This document shows, in pieces, positions 17,740 to 28,175 of a stretch of DNA of 64,000 nt. Position 1 is the stretch's first letter. Each line of letters opens with the position of its first letter. Source of the DNA: Candidatus Algichlamydia australiensis (GTDB lineage Bacteria; Chlamydiota; Chlamydiia; Chlamydiales; JAJFMI01); the NCBI GenBank assembly GCA_033977065.1, contig JAXCHI010000003.1:224001-288000 (forward strand), in the 5' to 3' direction. The position numbers and the translations under genes are program-made. The notes under the pieces are model-generated. The model was given only the letters and a program-made list of their open reading frames with translations, was not told where the DNA came from and searched no databases.

Positions 17740-20220
17740 TCACTTAAATCCCGTCACGCGGTAGAGCTTAATTGGCTCTGTAAAACCCTTGAGCTCAATT
17801 GGTTCCATCGACTCGACGTTGATCTTTTCTTTCACAAGCGAATGCTCGTAAGTACTTTCAGAAATCAAAATTTCCATGGGCTTTGCAGCTGAACAGAGTC
17901 GTGAAGAGAGGTTTACATTTGCACCTAAAACGGTGTAATTAAGGCGGTTTTCTGCTCCCATATTGCCCGCAAGAACAGGACCGGTATGAATGCCAATACC
18001 CATCTCAATTGGAGAGAGACTTTGCTGCCCACGCTCTTGATTCCATGAGCGCAGAGATTCTATCATGCCAATCGCACTTGCAACTGCTTGGTAAGCGCTA
18101 TCCTCTTTTTCAACGGGTGCGCCAAAAAGAGCCATCACTTCATCTCCAACAAATTTATCGATCACTCCATGATGCTCATCTACAAGGTGCGAGATGCGTG
18201 TCATACAGGTATTCAACATCGTGACTACATCAGCCGGTTGCATTTTCTCTGTATGCTTGGTAAAGCAGCGTATATCAGCAAAGAGTACGGTCACAATTTT
18301 CTCCTCTCCGCCAAGGTGCACATTGCCTTTTAAAATCTCTTCTGCAATCTCATCGGAAACAACTTTATTGAGTACGCCTCGTACACGCTCTTTCTCTTGG
18401 AGACCTTTGATCATACCATTAAAAGAGTGAAAAAGCTGTGCCACTTCATCTTTTCGTTTGTGCGTTGGCTTTGGAAGCTCAATCTCATCTAACTCTCCAG
18501 CTCCTACTCGCTCAGCTGCAGATGCCAAAATCGTAATCGGTTTTGTGATTCTCCTTGCCAAATTGTTGAGGATAATCAAAACAAAGATAAGGGAGATCAG
18601 GGCGATAATCCGCATATTGACGCTAATACTTGAGATCAACTCATTTGCGTTTTTATCAAGGGCGTGAAGCAGCTGAAACTCACGGCTGGCTAAATTAAAT
18701 ATATAGAAGTGAAACTTGCTCTCCTTGAAAGGGTCCATGTGGAGGAAAAAGTAGTCGGTACCTCCAATTTTGATGATTCCCGACTCTTTATTAATAATTT
18801 GAGATACGTCGATTCCAAGCCACTGCTTCTCTTTAATTTCTTTTCCTTCAGGATCAAAAGCTTTAAGAATTTTTCCATCATTTACAAACACAGCGACTTG
18901 ATTAGTGGAAAGAGCAAGGCGCTCCATTACACGATCTCCGTCAACAGCTGTTGTCAAATACCCCTCTCTCTGACTTTTCTCTCCGTTTTTAAATTCAAAA
19001 AGACGCAAACTATTTCCAAAATAAAAGTGATCGATCGCAGGAACAGGTATGATCTCTAAGGATCGGCTTAAGCAGAGCTCCTCATTTGGAGGATAATTTT
19101 CTCGTTCACTAAATTTTCCATAGAGAGGTTTTGGAAAAAAGATCTCTTCACTCAAGAGCGATTTCCCCTCGGCCTCTCCTGCTGGCGTGCGCGCAACTCC
19201 TACGGGAGCTTTGGTGTTGAAAGGAGAAAAACCAAAAGGACCAAGAGTAAATGCGAACGTAAGATCTCTACTTAAAACAAGGTCATCCAGCTGATTGCTC
19301 AACTCTTCAAAACGCCTAAAAACTCGGCTATCCATCTGATCGCTGTAGAGTTTGCGATCGTGAGCTGTTGGTTCGTAAGCGACCCTCTTTCCTACTCCAC
19401 GAATAGAGCGAGCCGCGATCCGGCGATTCCAAATTTCACTCTTTGTGAGAATTGTAGGGTTCTCTTCAATATACTGCTGCGACTTCTCAATGCTTTTGAG
19501 TAGTCCTGCAAAAAAGGTTTTTCGAAACTCTGATGAGGGCCAGTGAACCATGGGGCCAAGTGGCAAATTCTTCGCGGGAATATCGGGAATCTTTTCATCC
19601 AATGGAAAATTTTGAATCTGTTCCGGAGTAAACAGAAACCAGATAGCAGGAATTGTCGGCTCAATTGTTTCAAACAGCTCAATTGGAACTGTCTCATGCA
19701 TCATAAACCGATCGAGGTAGAAGCGGATGGCAAAGTAGGGTCCCCTATTCTTGCCATTTTCTGTGACTACTGCCAAGCCGTGATCTTTCGAGAGAGCCTC
19801 AATCTTAATGCCTGTATCTTTTACATTATTTCCAATAATGAGAGCAGTGAGTTTGTTTTCGTTTACGTTCTGTACGTAATCGATCCACTTATTATGTAAC
19901 ATGAGACTGGAGCAGTGAAACCAGGTATTATAGCGCAGATTCTCCTCAGTTGGCGCAAAACCTCGACGCATCAGCGGATACTCTAGTAACTCTTCTAAAA
20001 TTGAGTCGAGCTTTGCCTCCAACTCAGCAAGTATCACTCCAAGATATTTCTCAATCGTATCGCGCTTTTTCTCATTAATTGAAACAATTTGCTTTGAAAT
20101 ATTCTCTTCTGACTCCCGCAATTTTTTGCGCACGAGCCTTCCTTCAAAGAAATAGGAGAAAATAAAGGCAATGAAAAAGAGGGCGCCCACCCAAACAAAC
20201 AGTCGTGTTTTTAACTTCAT
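17740..20220 (-). CDS. Membrane class III adenylate/guanylate cyclase with HAMP domain
   Basis: Two TMs around a large periplasmic region; VLFADIRCFT, DKFVGDEVMALFGAP, GIGIHTG, YTVLGANVNLSSRL. Confidence 0.92.
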   Translation of the reverse strand: MKLKTRLFVWVGALFFIAFIFSYFFEGRLVRKKLRESEENISKQIVSINEKKRDTIEKYLGVILAELEAKLDSILEELLEYPLMRRGFAPTEENLRYNTWFHCSSLMLHNKWIDYVQNVNENKLTALIIGNNVKDTGIKIEALSKDHGLAVVTENGKNRGPYFAIRFYLDRFMMHETVPIELFETIEPTIPAIWFLFTPEQIQNFPLDEKIPDIPAKNLPLGPMVHWPSSEFRKTFFAGLLKSIEKSQQYIEENPTILTKSEIWNRRIAARSIRGVGKRVAYEPTAHDRKLYSDQMDSRVFRRFEELSNQLDDLVLSRDLTFAFTLGPFGFSPFNTKAPVGVARTPAGEAEGKSLLSEEIFFPKPLYGKFSERENYPPNEELCLSRSLEIIPVPAIDHFYFGNSLRLFEFKNGEKSQREGYLTTAVDGDRVMERLALSTNQVAVFVNDGKILKAFDPEGKEIKEKQWLGIDVSQIINKESGIIKIGGTDYFFLHMDPFKESKFHFYIFNLASREFQLLHALDKNANELISSISVNMRIIALISLIFVLIILNNLARRITKPITILASAAERVGAGELDEIELPKPTHKRKDEVAQLFHSFNGMIKGLQEKERVRGVLNKVVSDEIAEEILKGNVHLGGEEKIVTVLFADIRCFTKHTEKMQPADVVTMLNTCMTRISHLVDEHHGVIDKFVGDEVMALFGAPVEKEDSAYQAVASAIGMIESLRSWNQERGQQSLSPIEMGIGIHTGPVLAGNMGAENRLNYTVLGANVNLSSRLCSAAKPMEILISESTYEHSLVKEKINVESMEPIELKGFTEPIKLYRVTGFK

Positions 20221-21224
20221 AAGAAGAGATTTTCAGGTCCTTTCTTACCCACTACAATCATCTCCTCATGGCGTATGCCGCCAACTCCTGCGACATAAAG
20301 TCCCGGTTCGATTGTGAAGACCATCCCGGGTTCTAAAAGAACCTTGGCATCATCTCCCTGATGGTGGATGCGAAACCCTTCGTGTACTTCCAAACCTATA
20401 CCATGCCCTAGGGTATGAAGAAAATATTTTTCTAATTTTGCTTCGTGCATGACCGCGCGCGCCGCTTTATCCAATTCTCCAATTGGCACTCCTGGCTTGC
20501 AAAGAGCAATTGCTGCTTTTGCTGCTTGCTTGACCACCTTTTCCATCTCTTGAATCTGGCTACTCACCTTCCCACGCAAATGGCAGCGCGTCATATCACT
20601 TGCATACCCCTCTTTCATCACTCCAAGGTCAAAGAGCACGACATCATTTACTTTGAGTTTAACATTGCCAGGATGGTAGTGCGGTTTGCTTGTGTTTTCT
20701 CCAAAAGCAATAATTGGCTCAAATGAGAGCCCTTCTGCCCCTTTTTGCAGTGCGATAATTTCAAAAGCGCGCGCCATCTCGATCTCGGTCACGCCGACTT
20801 TAAGCTTTTTTACAAGTGCTTGATAACACTCCCAAAGAAGCTTGGCACTTTTACGCATAGCAACAAGCTCGTCCGCATCTTTTACCCAGCGCATACGGTC
20901 TACTGGATTTTTTTTCGTCTTCAGAGTTTTACAAAGTTTTTTGTTTAGAAGGTAGTTCGTATACGTAGTAACAGCAGGATCGAAATAGAGCTTTTCAGCT
21001 AGTTTTTTTTCAACTCTTGGGAAGACATGCCCGGGTAACTTTTTTTTACACTCCTCAATGTAGCGGCCATCAACAAAAAGTTTATACCCACGCTTTGTAA
21101 TGAGCAGTCTTCCAAGTGAGAGTTTAATCCCAGTTAGGTAAAAAATTTGTGTAGGATCTTCAATGAGATAAGCCCCATCAGAAAGCGTTTGCTGAAATTT
21201 TTTGATGCGTGATAAATTTTTCAA
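20217..21224 (-). CDS. pepP: Xaa-Pro aminopeptidase (M24)
   Basis: DLG..YASDMTR, HTLGHGIGLEVHE, TIEPGLY, GIRHEE. Confidence 0.9.
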   Translation of the reverse strand: MKNLSRIKKFQQTLSDGAYLIEDPTQIFYLTGIKLSLGRLLITKRGYKLFVDGRYIEECKKKLPGHVFPRVEKKLAEKLYFDPAVTTYTNYLLNKKLCKTLKTKKNPVDRMRWVKDADELVAMRKSAKLLWECYQALVKKLKVGVTEIEMARAFEIIALQKGAEGLSFEPIIAFGENTSKPHYHPGNVKLKVNDVVLFDLGVMKEGYASDMTRCHLRGKVSSQIQEMEKVVKQAAKAAIALCKPGVPIGELDKAARAVMHEAKLEKYFLHTLGHGIGLEVHEGFRIHHQGDDAKVLLEPGMVFTIEPGLYVAGVGGIRHEEMIVVGKKGPENLFL

Positions 21225-22794
21225 GATCTTCCTCTTTTAAACTTTTATATACTGGGGCTCTGGGAAACTCCCGCAAAATTTTTTCTGCCATCTCATGCGC
21301 TTCATGAACAGAAAAGGTTTTTCTTCTCTTTGCCGCGCTAGCCGCTTTTTTGGCAAATGCTCTCTTCGGATCTACATGGATCTGCCGATCCTCTAACCAC
21401 TCCTCCAAAATCCTACGCACCTGATCTTCTGCAATAAAATTGCAGAGGGAATCGAGAATAAATGCATTCTCGCCAAATGGCCGGATACCAACGCCAAGAT
21501 CTTCAAAGAGGGAGAGATTCTGCGCGATTTTTGCCGCCTCGTGGGGAGCAAAATCTAAACGGTGCGGCAGGAGCATCTGCATACGCGGCAGATCTGCATT
21601 AGAATTCATTGCTTTTTCAAAATAAAGCACCTCAAGCGTTTTTGAAAGGTTAAAGAGGTAGAGTTGCTCCTCTTTTGTGGCAAAGTAGTGGTGACCAAAG
21701 AGACCAAAAGAGGTAAGAAGAGGTTGCTTAAAAAAAGTCTCCTCTACTTCTTCTTCAAGTTTCGTAGGTAGAGGAGGGGGAAGGTCTAAAGTAAACTTTT
21801 TAAGATTTGCAACTGGTTGCACGTTGCTCTTATGAGGGGCAAAAACTTCTGCAACAGTCCTCCGAATAAAGTCCTGAACTTCTCCCTCTTTCTGCAGTCG
21901 CACCTCTTTTTTTTGTGGATGAACATTCACATCAACTTCATCAGCTGGAAGCTCTGAAAAGAGAACAAAAGTAGGATAACGCCTTGTTGGCAAACGCGTT
22001 CCATACCCCTCCTCAACAGCCCAACTCACAGGCAAACACTGAACCATACGACCATTGATAAAAAGATACTGCCCACTACGATTCGTACGTGCAGAAGTTG
22101 CAGGACCTAAAAATCCGTGCAAACCTTCTACAGAGATCTCCCGCATCCCTTCTAAAAATTCATTTCCCAAAAGGGATTTGATACGCTTCTTTAAATTCCC
22201 TTCTTTTAGATCAAAAAGAGTCTTTTCATTTGCTTGTAAAGTAAAACAAATTTCTGGATAAGCAAGCGCGATCTTTGTCACCATCTTCGTAATTTCCGAT
22301 TGAGCACTTGTAGCCGATTTCTGAAACCGTTTGCGAGCTGGAGTATTAAAAAATAGAGAGCGCACCTCAAAAGTTGTTCCACGCCCTCTTGCTGCAGCCG
22401 TTTTTTGAATGATTCTCCCCCCTTCAGCTACGACTTGAACAGCCTCTTTACCAGATGAAGTAACAAGCCTCATCTTTGAAATGGAGCAGATAGAAGCAAG
22501 CGCTTCTCCTCGAAAACCCATGGAGTGCAGTGCATGAATATCTTCTGCCGCACGGATTTTTGAAGTGCCGTACCGCTCAAAGCAGAGTAGCGCATCATCT
22601 TCGGCCATGCCTTCCCCGTCATCACTAATGCGAATCAACTGGAATCCTCCGCCACGAATCTCGACTACAATTTTTTTTGCCCCCGCATCAATGGCGTTTT
22701 CGAGCATCTCTTTCACAACAGAAGCAGGATTTTCTACGACTTCGCCAGCTGCGATCTGGTTAATGACTTTTTCTTCTAAAATTTTGATCTTCAT
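21178..22794 (-). CDS. mutL: DNA mismatch repair protein MutL
   Basis: IAAGEVVENPASVVKE, GFRGEALASI, DVNVHPQK; C-terminal domain short/degenerate. Confidence 0.95.
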   Translation of the reverse strand: MKIKILEEKVINQIAAGEVVENPASVVKEMLENAIDAGAKKIVVEIRGGGFQLIRISDDGEGMAEDDALLCFERYGTSKIRAAEDIHALHSMGFRGEALASICSISKMRLVTSSGKEAVQVVAEGGRIIQKTAAARGRGTTFEVRSLFFNTPARKRFQKSATSAQSEITKMVTKIALAYPEICFTLQANEKTLFDLKEGNLKKRIKSLLGNEFLEGMREISVEGLHGFLGPATSARTNRSGQYLFINGRMVQCLPVSWAVEEGYGTRLPTRRYPTFVLFSELPADEVDVNVHPQKKEVRLQKEGEVQDFIRRTVAEVFAPHKSNVQPVANLKKFTLDLPPPLPTKLEEEVEETFFKQPLLTSFGLFGHHYFATKEEQLYLFNLSKTLEVLYFEKAMNSNADLPRMQMLLPHRLDFAPHEAAKIAQNLSLFEDLGVGIRPFGENAFILDSLCNFIAEDQVRRILEEWLEDRQIHVDPKRAFAKKAASAAKRRKTFSVHEAHEMAEKILREFPRAPVYKSLKEEDLEKFITHQKISANAF

Positions 22795-22833
22795 TATTTA
22801 TTAAAATAAACGATTTCTGTAAGATATTCAATT

Positions 22834-24555
22834 ATGAGGCAAACTTGGGATCTAGAATCACTATATGATGAGGAGCATTTTGATACATTCCTTATTGCCC
22901 TTCACAAGCAGATCTTTAAACTTGAAATGCTCTCTTCACTTGAAAAGCGTATACTTCTTGCGCAAGAGCTGCGTCTCTCCATTTTGCAAGCAAGTAGTTT
23001 TGCATATGCACTCCTCTCAAGTAACATTCACCATAAAAGAGCCCGCGGCTGGGAAGCTGCGCTCACATCCATTTCAAGCGAGCTTGAGAAAATATGGATG
23101 GAAATAGATGCAGAACTTACCAACAGAAGTAATGAAGAGATAGAAGAGCTTGGTGAGCCGGCTATTTACTTTCCTCTCAAGGAACGACGCGACCTGGCAA
23201 AACTTAAACTCTCCGTTGAACAGGAACAGCTCATATCTGATTTGAGTGTTGATGGCTACCATAGCTGGGGGCAGTTTTACAAATCATTCATCGCAACACT
23301 AACTTTCCCCTTTCGAGGCAAAGACCTCTCAGCCGCTCAAATTGCCAACAAATTATTCTCCCCTGACCGTAGCGTTCGAGTAGAGGCTTTTGCCTCATAT
23401 GAAAAAGTCTATGCAAAAGAAGCTCCTATTATTGCGCAATTTCTGAATCATCTTGCCGGCTTTCGGATTAATGTTTACGAGCATCGCAATTGGATGAGTG
23501 CCGTTGAAGATCCTTTGATCCACAATCGCATGAGTCTTAAAACGTTAAATAGCATGTGGGAAGCAGTGACAGAGAGCCGGCCCGTCTTTGCAAAGTTTCT
23601 CATGAGAAAAGCGGAGCTACTCGGCGTTGATAAACTCTCTTGGCACGATTTAGAAGCACCACTACTCGAAAATCAAAACGAGATACCTTACGAAGAGGGC
23701 ATTACATTTATCATCAAACAATTTGAGAAAATCTCCCCGAAGATGGCCGACTTTGCGCGACATGCTGTTGAATCAAACTGGATTGAAACAGAAGATCGTC
23801 CAGGGAAAAGACAAGGTGCTTATTTTCTCAGTTTTCCATTTACTAAAGAGACGCGCATTTTCATGACCTACTCAGGGACAGTCGACAATCTCTATACCCT
23901 TGCTCACGAGTTGGGACACTGTTTCCATTCTCATCAAGTCTTCTCTTTACCTGAGATGGCGCAACACTATCGTAAAAACGTCGCTGAAGTTGCCTCTACC
24001 ATGGCAGAGATGATCGTTGCTGAAGCGAGCATAGAGCGCGCCAAAAGTAAAAAAGAGAAAATTGCTCTCTTAGGGTACCGCGCAAGCCGCTCACTTGCCT
24101 ACCTCATTCACCTGCAGTCTCGCTATCTCTTTGAAAGTCGCTTTTACGAAAAGCGGAAAGAGAAATATTTAAGTCCTGACGAGCTTAATGCCCTCATGTT
24201 AGAGGCGCAACAAGAGTGCTATTCAAACTCTCTCTCTGAATACCACCCCTTGCTCTGGGCTTCTAGACTGCACTTCTACCTTACAGACGTTCCTTTTTAT
24301 AACTTCCCCTATACATTTGGTTGTCTCTTCTCATTCGCAATTTACCGAAGAATAAAAAAAGACCCTACAGCGTTTGAAGAGGCCTATATTCCTTTCCTTC
24401 ATGACACCGGCATGATGTCTACTGAGGAGCTTGCAAAAAAGCACTTTAATATTGATATTGAAACACCTGAATTTTGGAGAGAAGCCGTTGCAGCTACCCT
24501 TCGGGACGTACATGAGTTTTTAGAACTTACTGAGACAGCCGCTACATGTATGTGA
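22834..24555 (+). CDS. M3 family oligoendopeptidase (PepF-like)
   Basis: TLAHELGH, AEVAS, PFYNFPYTFG. Confidence 0.92.
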   Translation: MRQTWDLESLYDEEHFDTFLIALHKQIFKLEMLSSLEKRILLAQELRLSILQASSFAYALLSSNIHHKRARGWEAALTSISSELEKIWMEIDAELTNRSNEEIEELGEPAIYFPLKERRDLAKLKLSVEQEQLISDLSVDGYHSWGQFYKSFIATLTFPFRGKDLSAAQIANKLFSPDRSVRVEAFASYEKVYAKEAPIIAQFLNHLAGFRINVYEHRNWMSAVEDPLIHNRMSLKTLNSMWEAVTESRPVFAKFLMRKAELLGVDKLSWHDLEAPLLENQNEIPYEEGITFIIKQFEKISPKMADFARHAVESNWIETEDRPGKRQGAYFLSFPFTKETRIFMTYSGTVDNLYTLAHELGHCFHSHQVFSLPEMAQHYRKNVAEVASTMAEMIVAEASIERAKSKKEKIALLGYRASRSLAYLIHLQSRYLFESRFYEKRKEKYLSPDELNALMLEAQQECYSNSLSEYHPLLWASRLHFYLTDVPFYNFPYTFGCLFSFAIYRRIKKDPTAFEEAYIPFLHDTGMMSTEELAKKHFNIDIETPEFWREAVAATLRDVHEFLELTETAATCM

Positions 24556-24588
24556 CAAAAAACTCCTCAAGCCAGTATAGATAGGATT

Positions 24589-25425
24589 ATGAGAATTTTT
24601 TCTTCCCTCTTTACCATCGGAGCATTAGCTATTGGAGCATGGTATACCAACGACCGCTACCCGGATTTGAAAAATCAAGCACTCGAGTTTTTTCATACCT
24701 CTACATTTCACACACTAGAAGTGCGCCACACTGGCAAACAAATCATGGAAAACAATCGCTATGAACTTCTCAAAACAGCTCAGCACAAATACAAAGACGT
24801 TACTTTAAAGTTTTATCCGTATCTCCTTATGGAGGTAAAATATACCCAACCAAATAACACTACTAACGAAGGAATTATTCTTTGGGATCTTGTCGACGGA
24901 GAGATGGTTGTGAACACCCATGATTGGGAAAAAACACACGGTTTTGGTGATTGCATTCACGCAGGCCTTGAGCGCAATGAATTTAAAATCATCAATCTCC
25001 TTGCACAAAAGGGTGGTTCTATTGATCGTGAAGGACTTACCTCATCGCTCCATGTAGAAAACGAAGTACTCGACAACTGGCTTGAGCGTTGCCGTCGCAA
25101 GAAGCTCATCGTACAAAAAGGCAACCAGTATCGATTGCATATGCAAACGCCACGCCTTAATGTCCTTCCCCACACAACCGTGGATGACCGTCTTGTGACA
25201 AAACAATCTGAGAAAGCGCAGCGTATTCCGCGTCGCTTTTCTCCCATACAAATTCGCAAAATGGCAGAGCGCGCGTTTGGATACGATTTTGCGATTCGCA
25301 GCACACTCGATGTCTACCTCCCAATCTTTAGCATCACAGTTGAAAACCCCGACAGCACACTTCATACAAGCAACTGGAATGCCGTCAACGGAAAGCGCTT
25401 ATCACACTCTTCCTTCATTGAGTAA
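24589..25425 (+). CDS. Membrane-anchored conserved hypothetical protein
   Basis: 278 aa, N-terminal TM, possible winged-helix segment. Confidence 0.65.
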   Translation: MRIFSSLFTIGALAIGAWYTNDRYPDLKNQALEFFHTSTFHTLEVRHTGKQIMENNRYELLKTAQHKYKDVTLKFYPYLLMEVKYTQPNNTTNEGIILWDLVDGEMVVNTHDWEKTHGFGDCIHAGLERNEFKIINLLAQKGGSIDREGLTSSLHVENEVLDNWLERCRRKKLIVQKGNQYRLHMQTPRLNVLPHTTVDDRLVTKQSEKAQRIPRRFSPIQIRKMAERAFGYDFAIRSTLDVYLPIFSITVENPDSTLHTSNWNAVNGKRLSHSSFIE

Positions 25426-25458
25426 ATCTTTTTTTGTGTTTGTAAATTAATAAAAAAC

Positions 25459-25475
25459 TAGATAGTGTCGTCAAA
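25459..25475. repeat. Solo terminal repeat of family A
   Basis: TAGATAGTGTCGTCAAA exact match, no recognisable right end. Confidence 0.55.
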
Positions 25476-25611
25476 TCCTTATGATCACCCTGTTTTTAAC
25501 GTGAAAGCTCTCGCGTCGCTAGTTTTTTCAAATACATAAACAAGTAAAATATTTATAACGAGGGCTTTTATCTAGCCAAAAAAGTCGATTTTTTGCATAC
25601 TTAGTGGTTCT

Positions 25612-25699
25612 GGAAAGATGGCTGAGTGGCCGAAGGCGCGTCCCTGCTAAGGACGAGTACTCCTTGTGGGTACCGAGGGTTCGAATCCCTCTCTTTCCG
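25612..25699 (+). tRNA. tRNA-Ser(GCT)
   Basis: Acceptor GGAAAGA/TCTTTCC, anticodon arm CGTCC-CTGCTAA-GGACG, long variable arm, GGTTCGAATCC; CCA not encoded. Confidence 0.96.
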
Positions 25700-26490
25700 A
25701 ATTTCTAACAATACAGACTAAAATAGAAAAAGTAGGATTTAGAAAAAACTTGGGATGAGAACCCTCAGGGTTCGACGGCCAGCATAGCTGGACGGGGCTT
25801 TTGAGCGCAGCGAGAAAGAGTCCGCAGGACCGAAGGGCTGTACAGCCCGTAGCCAATCCCTCTCTTTCCGAATTTCTAACAATACAGACTAAAATAGAAA
25901 AAGTAGGATTTAGAAAAAACTTGGGATGAGAACCCTCAGGGTTCGACGGCCAGCATAGCTGGACGGGGCTTTTGAGCGCAGCGAGAAAGAGTCCACAGGA
26001 CCGAAGGGCTGTACAGCCCGTAGCCAATCCCTCTCTTTCCGAATTTCTTACAAAGCAAATTAGAATAGAAAAAGCAGGATTTAAAAAAACTTGGGATGAG
26101 AACCCTCAGGGTTCGACGGCCAGCATAGCTGGACGGGGCTTTTGAGCGCAGCGAGAAAGAGTCCGCAGGACCGAAGGGCTGTACAGCCCGTAGCCAATCC
26201 CTCTCTTTCCGAATTTCTTACAAAGCAAATTAGAATAGAAAAAGCAGGATTTAAAAAAACTTGGGATGAGAACCCTCAGGGTTCGACGGCCAGCATAGCT
26301 GGACGGGGCTTTTGAGCGCAGCGAGAAAGAGTCCGCAGGACCGAAGGGCTGTACAGCCCGTAGCCAATCCCTCTCTTTCCGAATTTCTTACAGAACAAAT
26401 TAGAATAGAAAAAGCAGGATTTAGAAAAAACTTGGGATAAGAACCCTCAGGGCTGAAGGATTGAAAGCCCAAAGTCAATTCCTATTTTTC
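25684..26490 (+). repeat. tRNA-linked tandem repeat (RtT-like), ~4.5 x 170-171 bp
   Basis: AATCCCTCTCTTTCCG (tRNA 3' end) recurs at 25684, 25855, 26026, 26196, 26366; degenerate remnant near 26476. Confidence 0.92.
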
Positions 26491-26554
26491 TTATCTGAAA
26501 TAGAAAAACCTTCCCTGTTTCGGATTATTTTCGTTACTGATATTCTCTGGAGGT

Positions 26555-27994
26555 ATGTCCAAAGAACCTCAAAAAATCAAAGTCGCTCCCAATTCCAAAG
26601 AGTCCGAGATGATGGTACTCGGCTCCATGCTCTCCAATGTCAATGCGTTGAATGCAGCGGCTGATGCGCTGGACGCTTCAGACTTTTACTACACTGAACA
26701 TGGCTTAATTTTTGAGACGCTCAAAGAGGCGTATAAAAAAGATAAGCCTGCTGACATTCATCTTGTTGCAGAGGAGCTAAAGCGCAAAAAGAAACTCAAA
26801 GAGATTGGCGGTATTGGCTATTTGACAACACTTGCGCAGTATGCGGGAACTTCAGCATATGTTGAAGAGTATGCGCAACTTGTCAAAGATAAGGCGATTT
26901 TGCGACGCATGATCACTGCTGCGCAGGTAATTGAAAAAAAAGCGCTTGAGGAAGAGGACGAGGTCAGCAAAACTCTTGATGATGCGCAAAGCCTCTTTTT
27001 CAACATTAGCCAGACAGCCAATCGCGAAAGTGGATTGCTCATTGCCGATCTCCTCTCAGGTGTTAAGGCCGAATCACAATTGCCATTTTTGAAGGAGCTA
27101 CAGGATCGGCAAGAGAAGTTTCAAGAACTTGGCGAAGGAGAAGAGCTTTTTCCCGGACATCCCACGCACTTTAATGATCTCGACCACATGCTTGGAGGTC
27201 TTGGCAACTCTCACTTTTTAATTCTTGCAGCTCGTCCTGCTATGGGAAAAACAGTTTTAGCTCTCAATATTGCAGAAAACGTCTGTTTTAAAAATAAAGT
27301 TCCTGTCGCCATCTTCTCTCTTGAAATGAGCGCAGAACAACTGCTCAACCGCATGATCAGTTCGCAATCAGAGGTGGAGGCAGAGAAGATTAAGCGCGGC
27401 TCTTTAAGCGGTGGCGAGTATCAACGTGTTGTCTCTGTCGTGAACGAAATGCAAAAACATACGATCATCATTGATGATCAACCAGGCTTAAAGATTACCG
27501 ATTTGCGCGCACGTGCACGTCGTATGAAGGAGACGCACGATATTGGTCTCATCATCATTGACTATTTGCAGCTTCTTTCAGGCTCCGGAAATCGCTCTTC
27601 TCAAGAGAGTCGCCAATTAGAAATCTCTGAAATTTCCCGAATGCTGAAAAACCTTGCAAGAGAGCTAGACGTTCCAGTTCTCTGCCTCTCACAACTTTCT
27701 CGTAAAGTTGAGGAGCGCGCTGGTCACCGCCCGATGATGAGTGACCTACGTGAATCGGGCTCGCTGGAGCAAGATGCGGATGTAGTCATGTTTTTAATGC
27801 GACCCGAGTATTACGATCCATACAATAAACCGGGAATGGCTGAGGTAATGGTAGGGAAAAACCGCCATGGAAAAACGGGCGATGTCAAACTGACTTTCCG
27901 CAAAGAAATTGTTCAGTTTGCCAATTACTCTGACCCCAGCACTTCGCCGACTGGCGAAGAGAGCCAAGCTTTTGACGCTTTTTCTCCAAGTTAA
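26555..27994 (+). CDS. dnaB: Replicative DNA helicase
   Basis: AARPAMGKT, SLEM, IDYLQL, LSQLSR, DLRESGSLEQDAD. Confidence 0.97.
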   Translation: MSKEPQKIKVAPNSKESEMMVLGSMLSNVNALNAAADALDASDFYYTEHGLIFETLKEAYKKDKPADIHLVAEELKRKKKLKEIGGIGYLTTLAQYAGTSAYVEEYAQLVKDKAILRRMITAAQVIEKKALEEEDEVSKTLDDAQSLFFNISQTANRESGLLIADLLSGVKAESQLPFLKELQDRQEKFQELGEGEELFPGHPTHFNDLDHMLGGLGNSHFLILAARPAMGKTVLALNIAENVCFKNKVPVAIFSLEMSAEQLLNRMISSQSEVEAEKIKRGSLSGGEYQRVVSVVNEMQKHTIIIDDQPGLKITDLRARARRMKETHDIGLIIIDYLQLLSGSGNRSSQESRQLEISEISRMLKNLARELDVPVLCLSQLSRKVEERAGHRPMMSDLRESGSLEQDADVVMFLMRPEYYDPYNKPGMAEVMVGKNRHGKTGDVKLTFRKEIVQFANYSDPSTSPTGEESQAFDAFSPS

Positions 27995-28075
27995 TTAAAA
28001 TTTTTATTTTCTTAGAATTCGGCTTTACCTTTTTTTAAACAAGGAGTATAGTGGTGAGATTATATTGGAGCAGTA

Positions 28076-28165
28076 ATGTCATCTGTTAAGAAAAAACGTC
28101 GTCTGAAGATCTCAAAGCACAAGCGTAAGAAGCGCCGTCGCCGCGATCGTCATAAGAAAAAGTAA
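28076..28165 (+). CDS. Small basic AURKAIP1/COX24-domain (bS22/mS38-like) protein, 29 aa
   Basis: Not in ORF track; MSSVKKKRRLKISKHKRKKRRRRDRHKKK with GGAG SD. Confidence 0.85.
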   Translation: MSSVKKKRRLKISKHKRKKRRRRDRHKKK

Positions 28166-28175
28166 TTTTTGAATC

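Noticed and set aside
25855..26381. Additional tRNA-Ser genes
   Set aside because: Only the 3' 16 nt and T-arm pieces recur; no D or anticodon arms
25647..26478. ORFs 25647-26027 and 26251-26478
   Set aside because: Antisense read-through of the tRNA and its repeats; the 171-bp period keeps the frame open by itself
25684..26490. CRISPR array
   Set aside because: Units are 170-171 bp, the variable parts are near-identical rather than unique spacers, and no cas genes are present
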